DNA of 64,000 nucleotides from Octopus vulgaris. Lineage: Eukaryota. The notes under the pieces are model-generated. The model was not told the DNA's origin. It was given only the letters and a program-made list of their open reading frames with translations, and ran no database searches. The stretch spans positions 114,948,001-115,012,000 of the forward strand of contig OX597819.1 of assembly GCA_951406725.2 (NCBI GenBank), read 5' to 3'. Shown here piece after piece: positions 1-11,529 of the stretch. Within the stretch, counting starts at the first letter, position 1; every line of letters starts with the position of its first letter. Made by a program: the position numbers and the translations under genes.

Positions 1-264
1 CTTTGTGTTTTCAGAACAGAAATATAATTTCACTCGCCAAGAAAAGCCGTTTTACAGCGGTATCTCGATGATATATAGCTACATGCCACAGCTTAAGTTT
101 AGTTGTCCTGCTGAGAAATCCAGTTACGTTTTCTCAGATATATCTATTTTATATATATTAACCTGATTGATCAGCATGCTTCTTTTCCTTCAGATAGTTT
201 GTTGTTACATTTAACTGTTAGATGATGATCGTATTAGATTTCTCTTTCATCTGGATTATATGTA

Positions 265-1556
265 CGAGGGACGTTCAATAAGTAATGCTTCTGACCCACT
301 TGCAATTATTTGATCTAGCTGGAATTTTGCATGTGCAATTATTTATATCTCTATAGATTAAGTGGCAAATTACAGCTCTGGACTAATTGCGGTTTCTGAT
401 TTACAGGTGTTTGAACTGAGTCAAGTATGAAATGGAGCCTGTTGAGTGTCGAGCAGTGATCCGGTTTTTGTATTTGAAAGGACGCACACCACGGAAGACT
501 TTTGATGAAATGAAAGTAACTTATGGTGATGATGCCCCATCATATGACCTTGTAAAACCCTGGCATCGTGAATTTAAACATGGTCGGAACTCTGTGAAAA
601 CAGCTCCCGGATCTGGTCGCTCCCTTCTGCCATTGATGAGGCATCTGTCCGTCAAGTTGAGGCTGCCATTTTGGAGGATCGACGCATAACTATTCGCCAA
701 ATAGCCCATGAGGTCAAGATTGGTACCGGGTCTGTGGAAACTATCATTCATGACCATTTGGATATGCAAAAGGTGTCTGCAAGATGGATTCCCAGGCTGC
801 TCACACCTTTCCAGAAGCAAGTACGCGTCGAGTGCACGAGGATGAATTTGGAGATGTGCCAAGAAGATGAGTCAAAATTTTTCAAAAGACTGATTACACA
901 GGATGAAACCTGGGTCCATCATTATGATCCAGAGACCAAAGACCAGTCAATGCAGTGGAAGCACCGTGACTCACCTCCTCCAAAGAAGGCAAGGGTGCAG
1001 CCCTCCGCAGGCAAGGCCATGCTCACAGTCTTCTGGGACCAGGACGGAGTAGTGATGACAGATTTCCTGGCAAAAGGTACCACAATTACAGGAGCCTATT
1101 ATGCTTCACTTTTGAGGAAATTAAGAGAAGCTATCAAAATCAAGAGGCGGGGCAAGGTCAGCAAAGGCATCCTCCTCCTGCAGGACAACGCTCCGGTCCA
1201 CAACTCGCTTGTCGCCAGATCAGAAGCACGGGCGTGCGGCTATGAACTCCACCCCCATCCCCCCTACTCTCCTGACCTTGCACCCTCTGATTTTCACCTC
1301 TTCCTAGCCATGAAGTTGTTTTTGAAAGGAAAGCATTTCCCAGATGATGCAGACTTGATTTCTGAAGTCATGTCGTGGTTGGAGGACCAAACTGGGGTCT
1401 TCTACAAAAACGGTCTCCAGAGCTGCATCAAACTAAGGGAGAAATGCGTAACTCTGGGTGTTTCCTATGTAGACAAAGTCTAATAACTGTGCCAGGTTTC
1501 GTTGCTCTACTGCTATAGGAAGTGGGTCAGAGGCATTACTTATTGAACGCCCCTCG
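265..1556 (+). mobile_element. Full-length mariner DNA transposon (DD34D, probably irritans-type), 1292 bp
   Basis: TIRs CGAGGGACGTTCAATAAGTAATGCTTCTGACCCACTT / AAGTGGGTCAGAGGCATTACTTATTGAACGCCCCTCG. TA target duplication at 263-264 and 1557-1558. Contains a transposase. Confidence 0.95.
432..1483 (+). pseudogene. mariner transposase with one frameshift near 620-670
   Basis: ORF 432 carries the N-terminal HTH (CRAVIRFLYLKG). ORF 671-1483 carries WIPRLL, TQDETW, LQDNAP and YSPDLAPSDF. 34 residues separate the 2nd and 3rd catalytic Asp. Confidence 0.92.
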
Positions 1557-1571
1557 TATATATAAAAATTT

Positions 1572-1621
1572 AATTGGTCATCTTCACTTACAACCGCTTC
1601 TGTAAGTGAAGATGACTGATT
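1572..1621. repeat. Short hairpin, ~21-bp stem and 8-nt loop
   Basis: AATTGGTCATCTTCACTTACA-accgcttc-TGTAAGTGAAGATGACTGATT. The inner 16 bp are perfect and the outer part has G-U pairs. Confidence 0.85.
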
Positions 1622-1839
1622 TGGCGTTAATAATAAACAAATATTAACTTCCCAATATCCGTTTTCTTCTTTTGAATGAATATAAACTATACGTTTTTAT
1701 ATATAGCTATTATTTTAATAAAATTCATTCCTCCAAAATACTTGGTATTGAACCAGTATTTCCTTGGACGAAACCATCCCTTCATGAAGTTAACAACCTC
1801 TAATTAAATATATATGTATATATATATATATAGAGAGAG

Positions 1840-2190
1840 AGAAAATAGTAAAAAGTGAAAAAACTACAGAAGGCTTAAATGTTAAAAAATATATATTTGC
1901 GTCAATATGTCTGAAGAATATTAAAAAAATTTTTTCTCTTATAATGACATAATTTAGAAGAAAGATCGGTTTCGCGTTTAGCTTTTCAAATTTCTTGCGA
2001 AATTTCTCGCAAGAAATTTGAAAAGCTAAACGCGAAACCGATCTTTCTTCTAAATTATGTCATTATAAGAGAAAAAAATTTTTTTAATATTCTTCAAAAA
2101 TTTTTTTAATATTCTTCAGACATATTGACGCAAATATATATTTTTTAACATTTAAGCCTTCTGTAGTTTTTTCACTTTTTACTATTTTCT
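1840..2190. repeat. Large palindrome with ~160-bp arms, flanked by (TA)n; probably a Penelope-derived inverted terminus
   Basis: 1840-2000 is the reverse complement of 2007-2190. The right arm has a ~22-bp internal tandem duplication. Contains GAAACCGATC. Confidence 0.85.
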
Positions 2191-2249
2191 ATATATTCAA
2201 CCACGTGCTTTCACAAACCAACTTTCTTATCTATCTATCTATATCTATA

Positions 2250-2287
<38 letters not shown>

Positions 2288-2289
2288 CC

Positions 2290-5200
2290 AGATGAAAGAG
2301 AAATCTAATACGATCATACGATGTATATAATAGAAATATATTACAAAAAGAAAATAGAAAGTACACGTGGAAATGTAAGGGGAAAGTTAGAAGAAAAATA
2401 GGCGAAAATGCACTTTGGAAATCAAAAAAAGTAAAGGCCTTTTTATGAAAAGTAACGATAGATATATACAATTAGATGAACTGAGGTAGGAATAAAACTA
2501 ATAAAAGTCATTATTGTGAATTGTTAAAGATATTCAAAAGCATACCGGTTTCGTGAATTTACTAATCATTACTTTGAATGCACACCGATTAATGAACTGT
2601 GTCAGGTCTGCTAGTCCCTGAGTGAAACGATTATATGTAAGGGAGGTAAGTAGTTCTGGATTTGGTGCAATTAGGGTAGATATAAATCTGTAATGTGAAT
2701 GGTGTATGGAATGTATGGGGGTTAGTGGTATTAATTGAAAGGTTAGCAGCGTTCTGTATTATGTTATGTGTTCATATTGAGTTGTGGAAAATATTTATTG
2801 ATGAAAGTTGCCTCTTTATTCATTCTTTCTTGTACTGAGGTGTTCTGTGAACATTGATAGAAGGGGAAAATTAGGAAATTATGGTTAAGATTCCTAGAAC
2901 ACCTTTCTATGTGTTCACTAACCTGTATCTGTCTGTATTGTGGGTGGCGGATTTGTTCTTTGTAGAGAGTGGTTCTTTGACGGAGTGATATTCCTGTTTG
3001 GCCAATGTAGTTATTACCACACCCTAAGCATGTAATGGCATAGATTGAATTTTCCAAGGCACAGGCGAAATTTGATTTGTTCTTAAATATTTCAGCTTGT
3101 TTAAAGTGGAATTCTGAACCCTCAAAAAGTGAGGGCATGTACCACAGTTAGGTCGACCACATTTTTTCACTTTTGGTTCTGTTGTTAATGGATATAGTCT
3201 TGTGCTGGTTAATATTTTTTTCAATGATTTAGGTTGCATTTTGCTCTTGATAATTTTGTGTGAGCCTAAAATTTTGTTCATTGTTTTATCTCCTGTGAGG
3301 ATGGGAAGATTTTGGATGATAATGTTGAAGGCTACATTGTTTCTAGGGTTATGTGTGGAGATGTATGGGAGTATTTTTAAGTCTGGTTTGGTATTTCGGT
3401 TGATTTCCCTTAATGTTCGTATATCTATTTCCATAGCTCGTTTAATGCCATCATTTATTAATGATATTGGGTAATGTCTTTTGATTAGTATTGATCTGAG
3501 TTCAAGGAGTCTTCATTCCTGAGTATAGGTGTCCGAAGCTATAGTACATATTCTTTTTGCTAGATTATAAGGTATATTAATTTTTATGTGTTTGGGGAGG
3601 CATGAGTTGAATAATAGGTATTGTTTAGAATCTGTGAGTTTATAGAAGATGTCTGTTTCGATGTGGTTATTGACTATTTTAATTAGGATGTCAAGAAAAG
3701 GGAGTTGTTTACTGCTGTGCTCCATGGTGAATTGTATGTTGCTATTAATATTGTTAAGCATTGTTTTGAAATCGAGGAGTTTGTTCATGCTATCTTTCCA
3801 AAGTATAAAGCAATCGTCCAAATACCTCTTCTAGTTCTCCTTTAAATAGCAATGAAATGAAGTGCTATTTTTGTAGTGATGATTGATATATTTTAAGCTC
3901 TAGGTAACCCATTGCAAGGTTCGCAATCACTGAAGCAGCTCGGGTTCCCATTGCAATTCTACATTTTTGTCGATAGTAAACTGTATCGAACATGAAATAG
4001 TTGTTCAGTAGGCTGAATTTGAGTGCTTCGATTATGAATCTGTGGTTAATGCGTCCTGGGATCTCTTCTGGGTATTTTTCTAGCTAGGAGCTGATCGCTT
4101 CTATACCATAATTTTGTGGGATATTGGTGTACAAATTTACCACATCGAATGATACTGACAGGGTTCCTTCATTTATTGTCTTCGGGAGGTGGTTTAGCAT
4201 GTCTAAGTCATCCCTGATGAAGCTTTTCACATATTTTAGAAACGGTTTGAGTAAGATGTCGAGGAAGTTGCTCAAACGGTGGGTTTCACAAGCAGGGTAC
4301 TGTGTTCACAAAAAGCATCAGGTACTTTATTTCTGCCTTTTGTAGGACAGTATTCACTTTTGTTTTTTTACTACTGAGTCATCTTCGCAGGTGTAGTGTT
4401 TCTGTGAGGCGTAATTTCGGCAGAAATCCATAGTGTTATCCTTAATTTCATTCGGGTTCGATCTGCGAGGGGTTGGAGTAAACTTTAAACCTCTTGCTAG
4501 AATTTTAGTTTGTGTAATACTTTTTCTTTGATAAGTTGATTATTTTCGGTTGTTCTTGAACATTTTGTTCCATTTCACATCTCTGTTTCTCTGATTTTGG
4601 TTGTAGTAGGTGGATTGTTGTGGAAAATCTGTATTGTGTTTGGTTTGCTGGGGAGAAAATGGGTGTAAAGTGTGTCTGTGGTAGTATGCTTGTGGTGGCG
4701 TGACTGTATAGCGGACTAGATTATGGTTGTACTGAGGGTTGTTATATTGACTATGGTTGATGTGGTTTGGGTTAAATTTATTTTTGATATTGAAATGTGG
4801 GTGGAAGGAGAAGTTATGTTGTCTAGTTAGGTTGTGTCTAGTTGAATGATTGAAGTAACCATGTTGAGGGCTAAGTCCCGGACGTAAATTCTTCCATTGA
4901 CTCTGAGATGATGGGGGTAGATTGGTAGGTATTGCTTCCCAAAAGTTTAGGTTAGTCTGGAGGTTTCGATGGAACCTTTGATTTGTATGTAGGATGCCTT
5001 GAGGATTACGTCTAGATTTTCTATTGTGGACTGAATTCCTGATTGTTGTTTGAAAGTTATTTTGGGGTGTAAGAGAGGTCAGGTCGATGGAGTTGTGTCC
5101 CCTAGATCGTCTGTGGTTTGTGTTAGATAAGTGTGGGGTCATTTCTGTGTATGTTTTTGGTCTATTTTTCTTCTAGAAGGAGTTATCAGATGCGTTTTCT

Positions 5201-6169
5201 ATGTTAAACTGTGTTTCGTAGTTAATAAATAAATTGGCTTGTCTTTCCCAGCGTTGTAGGGAATTGGTTTCTTCAGCTTCGCAAGTTTAAAAACACTTTC
5301 CAAGCGATGACCATCTAAATGTTCCTTTAATTTGTTGTAGATTTCCTCATCTAGGTTTTTAAATTTCTGTTCATTGCTTAGCGCTCTAAGCTTAAGGAGT
5401 TCTATTTCTGTCTTAATTTTTTCCAGTGTTAGTTTCTCCCTTAATTGTCTTTGTTGGTCCTGTTCGTTTGAAATGCGTTTAATTTGGAATTTATGAGGCA
5501 AAATTATTGGTGTAGAATTTAACCACCGTTCATAAATTTCTGCCTTGTGGTTGTTTTTAATCATATTCCAGAAAGAAAATTTCTGGCTTTAAGCTTTTCA
5601 TTCCATATGCGTATAATGCGGTTTGTAATAGACAGTGTAAGCGTGAATGGGGTTCTATCTTGTGTATCATCTGTAGGAGGATATTCATTTAAATAATTAT
5701 TTGGAGGTAAAGAATGAAGAGTGGTGCAGAATTCGGACAAATGTTGATTGAGCTGTTGCAGAGATTGTTCTTTCTCTTCTTTTTCTTTTGCTTCTTGTGT
5801 AAAGCGAGTGAGTTCATCGATCTTGCTAATTAAAAGTCTCAAATTCGTGTTGATCTCTTTCAGTTCCTTAAGAGTCTCTTCGTTGAGAGTTTTAACTGTA
5901 GAGTTTGGTGTTTGTGGCATTTTCAATCCCACGTGTAGTGAAATACAATAGAAATATGTTACAAAAAGAAAACAGAAACTACACGTGGAAATGTTCACGA
6001 AACCGGTATGCTTTTGAATCTCTTTAACAATTCATAATAATGACTTTTATTACTTTTATTCCTACCTCAGTTCATTAATTGCATATATCTATCGTTGCTT
6101 TTCATAAAAAAGCCTTTACTTTTTTTGATTTCCTATGTGTATTTTCGCTTATTTTTCTTCATACTTTCC

Positions 6170-6170
<1 letters not shown>
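2290..6170 (-). mobile_element. Penelope-like retroelement (Neptune-type architecture), decayed
   Basis: RT motifs SFDVVNLYTNIP (4084-4275) and YLDDCFILW...LPFLDILI (3513-3830). Cys linker CGRPNCGTC. C-terminal GIY-YIG IYAITCLGCGNNYIGQTG (2764-3138). Upstream ORF remnants 4540-5998. 5995-6170 is an inverted copy of 2380-2556 and 5947-5994 a direct copy of 2329-2376 (pLTR pattern). Both ends abut (TA)n. Confidence 0.9.
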
Positions 6171-6171
<1 letters not shown>

Positions 6172-6244
<73 letters not shown>

Positions 6245-6338
6245 TGTATGTATGTATGTATGTATGTATGTATGTATGTATGTATGTATGTATGTATGTA
6301 TGTATGTATGTATGTATGTATGTATGTATATATGTATG

Positions 6339-6372
<34 letters not shown>

Positions 6373-6457
6373 TGTATATATGTATGTATGTATATATATA
6401 TGTATATATATATGTATATATATATATATATATACACACATATATGTGTGTATGTGT
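6172..6457. repeat. (TA)n/(TATG)n microsatellite
   Basis: Direct reading of the sequence. Confidence 0.95.
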
Positions 6458-6459
6458 AC

Positions 6460-6655
6460 TGGTCTCAAATTTTGGCACATGGCCAGCAAGTTCGGAGGAG
6501 GGGAGGAAGTAAGTCGATTACATCGACCCCAGGTCTCAACTGATACTTATTTTATCGATCCCGAAAGGATTAAAGGTTAAGTCGTCCCAGACGGAATTTG
6601 AACTCAGAACATAAAGACGGACGAAATGCCACTAAGCATTTGCCCAGCGTGCTAT
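6460..6655 (-). mobile_element. tRNA-derived SINE (family II, core CCTTTCATCCTTTCGGGGTCGATAAA), diverged copy
   Basis: Reverse complement aligns with the copies at 41895, 63360 and 25880. Confidence 0.8.
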
Positions 6656-6846
6656 CATACCTAATGCTTATGACATCCAAAGATTATCTTCTATTTGAAA
6701 TTCTAGCAAAGAGAAAAGAAAAAATCAAAATATAATTATAAGAAATAATGTCAAAACGAGTCTTTTTAGGTCTATAATTATCTTAAATTACTATATAGTA
6801 ATGTAAATTTAAATAATGTGATATAGCACACTACAGTTTTACTTAC

Positions 6847-6868
6847 CTTATGATCTTGAAGATGACTT
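6847..6868 (-). other. Non-coding 5' exon end of putative paralog C of the 12-Cys secreted protein family; the coding exons are presumably left of the window
   Basis: Minus strand reads ctgaacttagAAGTCATCTTCAAGATCATAAG|gtaagt, nearly identical to 23367-23388 and 37860-37880. Confidence 0.7.
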
Positions 6869-6897
6869 CTAAGTTCAGATCTAGAAAATGAAATAAG

Positions 6898-7007
6898 TAA
6901 TTTTCAGATACCACTGTAATGGTGAAGATCGCAGGCACCAGCTGGAACCGTTAATCGTTTTATTGAAATTCGCAATTGCATTTTAACATTTGTTCTTGAT
7001 TTATCAT
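6898..7007 (-). promoter_or_regulatory. Conserved upstream block of paralog C
   Basis: ATGATAAATC, GCAATTGCGAATTTCA, CAGCTGGTG and AGTGGTATCTGAAAATTA occur in the same order as at 37708-37829. Confidence 0.6.
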
Positions 7008-7099
7008 GTGTCTTGACATATAATTGGGAAATATTACAAAATGCTTCGAATTACGTTTCTTTTCTGATCTTGTATTTCATTGGTTTGATCTGGAAGAGG

Positions 7100-9060
7100 A
7101 TCTCACGAGACGAGTAAGATCGAGATGTTTTTATTTTATAGTTGAATGTTGATTACTGCAGGAAAAGTATGGCGCAGTGGGAAATTCCAAATGGTTGGCG
7201 TTCTGGGAGTAAGAACTGTGCATAGTGGAAAATGCAGAGCCTTTGAAGACAAAATATGGAGGACGAGGCAAGTATTGTCGGGTGAGTCAGTAATGCTTGA
7301 GGGAAGGTGGCACGATGCGCCTTCCGACTCCGAGGAATAAGAGCCATTGTAATAGCGATAGTAAAAATTCAAAGGGAAGAGATATATGTCTGTGGACCGG
7401 AGGTTGGATATGTTAGCAAGAGATTTCATGTTCAGCAGTTGAGTGGCCAGCTTCATTAATGTAGTCTAGGGTGTAGGTACATGTAGCAGTAGCACCGCAT
7501 GAGCTGCAAGAACAGGTCTTTATTCTGTGTCTCACTTGAGTTTTGCAGAGGATTAACTTTTGTTGGCGTTTGAAGTACTTCATGTCCTTATAGGAGAATG
7601 TTTTTAAGATCATTTTTCATGCAATACAGGGTTCGCTTAAAGTAATTAAATGAGATCGAGAAATGATAGGGTTAAAATTAGGGACATTGTAGAATGTCCC
7701 ATTTTGTAGAGAGAAAACATTAATATGGCGAGGATGGGGGATAACGTTGGAGTGTTTTATATGAGAGTAACAAGGAAAAATATCAGGGTTAGACGTGGTG
7801 GTGGTTCGAAGTAACCAGTGGTCCTTTTCACTTGGCGCGTATGTGTACATGGTAATGACCGTGGTGGACTGGAAAGATATATTTCTAGGGTATTTATCAA
7901 ATGAGTGCAATTGTGGGGGCTTCCTTCGCAGTATTATTACTTACAGAAACATCATGGCTGTGAAGTGAAGGGTAAGATGATTGAGCAATGCTGCATGTGA
8001 TCCTTTTGGCAATGGATCACAGGTATCGGTTACAGTTTGGTACGCGACGATGTTTGCAGGTTGTGTTATGTACGGAGATATCTTTCGTGTTTTGAACGAT
8101 AGTTTTGCAGGTATTATGGCGCTAGGTATAAACATTTTCGACTCCAGGCTCAAGCCCCGAAATTTTTGGGGGAAGGGGCCAGTCGATTAGATCTACCCTA
8201 GTACGCAACTGGTACTTGATTTATCGACTTCGAAAGGATGAAATGCAAAGTCGACCTCGGTGGAATTTGAACTCAAAACGTAAAGAAAGACGACATACCT
8301 ATTTCTTTACTACCCACAAGGGGCTACACACAGAGGGGACAAACAAGGACAGACAAACGGATCGAGTCGATTATATCGACCCCAGTGCTTAACTGGTACT
8401 TATTCAATCGACCCCGAAAGGATGAAAGGCAAAGCCGACCTCGGCGGAATTAGAACTCAGAGCGTAACGGCAGACGAAATACGGCTACGCATTTCGCCCG
8501 GCGTGCTAACGTCTCTGCTAGCTCGCCACCTTGTTGCGAGGTGTAAACCGTCTGATTTTAAGAGTAGATGTATTTTTCAAGTGTTGCAGGCTGTATTCTT
8601 TGACTGAGCTCTGGTGGAGAAATGAGTGTTGATTGTGTGGGGTGGGGGTTTTGAAGAATGTGTGCTAAGCTGTCTCTGACAGGTCAGATGGAAACACATG
8701 TGCTGCCAGTGATATCTCGCTTGGATTAGGAATAGATTCAGTCATTCAAATGACTTGAAGTGTCCTACGGTCTTGGAAGAATGGGCGTTGCATTGTATGT
8801 CGTTGTGTGGTGAATAATCGTAGTAAAGCAGTGGTCTGAGGTGATGGTTTGGTCAGCAATAGGTTTGGCGGTGAGAACGAATTTAAGAATGTTTAGAGTA
8901 TCTGTGTTCCGGCCAGAGATACATATAAGAGATGAAGCTAAGTGATGCAGAGATTTGAAGAGCATTGCATTGATGACATTAATTTCGGATGAATACGATG
9001 ACCAAGAAGGGATGCAAACATTGAAGTTATCACGACAGTTGTATAAAATCATTGATTTTG
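7100..9060 (-). mobile_element. Decayed LINE (CR1/L2/Jockey-like), interrupted by a SINE dimer
   Basis: 3' RT-end-like PRTPTIWNFP..FP and endonuclease-like DNFNV...W remnants. Many stops. Confidence 0.55.
8150..8530 (-). mobile_element. SINE family II, two tandem units
   Basis: Repeated CGAAAGGATGAAA..AAAGTCGACCTCGG.GGAATTTGAACTC blocks. Confidence 0.85.
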
Positions 9061-9389
9061 CAACACCATATGATCCTAGAGTGCATACAAGGGAAATTCA
9101 GAAAAACTGAGAAATATCAGAAGCCAGCCAGAGGGATGACGTGATCGTGGAATGCAAAAGTGACATTTAGCACACCATGGACAACACCCAAACTGCTATC
9201 TAAGATGCTGGAAGATATTGATATTGAGGCAGATATTGTCGATCCTCAGAAAAGTGCAAGAATCCTAAGAAATATTATTGAGATTCAAGAAGGCCTGTTA
9301 TCACCAAACTTCAAAACAATTTCTTTGCCAATTAAATTAGTATGGTATAGCTTTATAATAATAATAGTGATAATAATAATGATAATAAT

Positions 9390-9725
9390 AGGCTTCTGAT
9401 CTCGACTGTCTGGAAGTGTTATCATACACATTGTTGTGTCCTAGTATAAAAGATGAGCTACGGCAAATATTCTGTTCAATACTACAGATTTGTTTGTCAA
9501 TTGTTTGACCTTAACCAGTTGAGCATGTCCCTTAGTGGCTGATGATATGTACATCCCTGATCACAAGCAGAAGTAGTAGGGGAGCATCATATCCATGTGT
9601 TGAGAGGAATTCTGTGGGGTTTGGATAAATCACCTCTGGAAACACGGGTGTTTCGTTCACCATCCTTAAACAAGCCTTATTCAGAGACCTTTTGAGCAGG
9701 AAGGGCTACTCAACCCGAAGAAAAG
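9390..9725 (-). mobile_element. (AAT)n-associated interspersed repeat (family IV); other copies at 15350-15865 and 16630-17190
   Basis: Three copies share CAGATTTG.TTGTCAGTTGTTTGACC.TAACCAGTTGAGCATG and AGCAGAAGTAGT.GGGGAGCATCAT, each next to (AAT)n. Strand is tentative. Confidence 0.8.
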
Positions 9726-10324
9726 AAATTTGAAAAATCTCCGTCAAAACGGAGAAATTCCAACTTGGTGCTTCCTAACTCCGAAGTCGGCCCATATATA
9801 TATATGTCTGTAGCTATGTGTGTGTCTTTGTATTTGACACCCCGTCATCGCTTATAACCGCTGTTGCTGTACATTATTTACACTGGAGAGATAGGTATCC
9901 ACAACGTGTTTGTTGTTATCACAACGTTTTGGCTGATGTACTCTCCAGCCTTCATCATGTGTACTGGTTGAATTTCGAACCCAGCCCATTAATTGACTAA
10001 TGTTGCAGTTCGGCAAAAAGAAAAAAAGAATAAGTACTAGGCTCAAAAATAAGGAGTCGTTTCGTTCGACTAAAGCCCTTCAAATGCGGTGCTCCAGCAT
10101 GGCTGCAGTCAAATACTGAAACAAGTAAAGGCGTAACTCCACAATGTCACCTTTCTTCTTCTTGATGAATATCCATCGCCCTTCTATAGTCTGAGTATGG
10201 ATGTTGTTATTTGGATTAAAAAAATAAAATTAAGTGAATCGTTGACCCACATAAAAAAAAAAACCCATCGATTATTACTGGGCATAACTACAAATTTCCG
10301 CCCCCACTCCGATTTTTGGATGGT

Positions 10325-10529
10325 CATAACTTTCAAGAAAATGGATATTTTTTAATGAAATTCTCTACAAATAAACCTCGGACTATGTAGATTCCGAGGA
10401 CATAGGAATTTTGAGGAAAACAATCAGGAGTTATTTCTAAGAACCGTTCCCCACTCGCGGGTGTTTCTGAACAAGTCCATATTTGTAGAGAATTTCATTA
10501 AAAAATATCCATTTTCTTGAAAGTTATGA
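10325..10529. mobile_element. MITE-like element with ~49-bp inverted repeats
   Basis: CATAACTTTCAAGAAAATGGATATTTTTTAATGAAATTCTCTACAAATA at 10325 and its reverse complement ending at 10529. Confidence 0.65.
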
Positions 10530-11147
10530 GGAATTGAAACGGACTCCCACTCCACCCCCAAAATTAGGCCGTATCCTAATATCTCAAATTTTTTATGCAC
10601 TTTAGCAATAATTCTTGATGGACAAGGAGCTTTCACAGTCTTCATGGTTGGAAGAATGGTTGGACCCTCACTTATGTTCACATTAGGAGAGCTCTCTCAC
10701 GTTTAGTAGCCTTTCATATTTGCAAGCCGTTCATTTTCCCTTTTAGATAGCAGGATGGGGTGGTGAGGGGTATATGAATCAATTCAGGGGTAGGAAGGGG
10801 AATTGAAAATTTTGAAAACATGGTTTTTGGCATATACAGAATCTCCGTCATCGAAAACATAGGAATCCACTGAAAAAATTTTCAAAAAAAAAAAAAAAAG
10901 GAAAGAAAGAAAAAGGTCGATTTTTTCGTGCCGGTGTACTTGTAAATATTAAACAACAACAACAACAACAACAATAATAATAATAATACTTGAGACAGAT
11001 GGAATTAAACCCAGCGATGTGAAAGAAAAGACAAAAAAGGAAACCTGCGGCGAGTGAGGAAAATATTGGTTTCAAAGCTGAATGCCGAAACATAATTTCG
11101 GCAATGAACTCGCGCTTAATTTCAGTAGTTCGGTATGGTGACAGGTT

Positions 11148-11525
11148 GTGGAGGCGCAATAGCCCAGTGGTTAGGGCAGCAGACTCGCGGTCGTAGGATC
11201 GCGGTTTCGATTCCCAGACCGGGCGTTGTGAGTGTTTATTGAGCGAAAACACCTAAAGCTCCACGAGGCTCCGGCAGGGATGGTGGGGATCCCTGCCGTA
11301 CTCTTTCACCACAACTTTCTCTCACTCTTACTTCCTGTTTCTGTTGTACCGGTATTTCAAAGGGCCGGCCTTGTCACTCTCTGTGTCATGCTGAATATCC
11401 CCGAGAACTACGTTAAGGGTACACGTGTCTGTGGAGTGCTCAGCCACTTACACGTTAATTTCACGAGCAGGCTGTTCCGTTGATCGGATCAACCGGAACC
11501 CTCGTCGTCGTAACCGACGGAGTGC
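11148..11525 (+). mobile_element. tRNA-derived SINE (family I), full length
   Basis: A-box-like TAGCCCAGTGG and B-box-like GGTTTCGATTCCC. Near-identical inverse copy at 14190-14546 and a 5' fragment at 44988-45112. Confidence 0.9.
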
Positions 11526-11529
11526 TTGC

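Noticed and set aside
222-256. ccag|ATG on the minus strand as the signal-peptide exon of gene C
   Set aside because: The translation MKEKSNTIII* is not a signal peptide, and the segment is the inverted duplicate of 2281-2317.
4540-5998. Host genes in the minus-strand ORFs of 121-200 aa
   Set aside because: They lie inside the Penelope pLTR boundaries, upstream of and collinear with RT, so they are treated as element-encoded remnants.
6079-6580. Long ORFs rich in YI/MYVC/HTYI (also 23028-23379, 25236-25738, 31911-33241, 46093-46786, 56011-56990, 57671-58167)
   Set aside because: These are translations of stop-free microsatellites.
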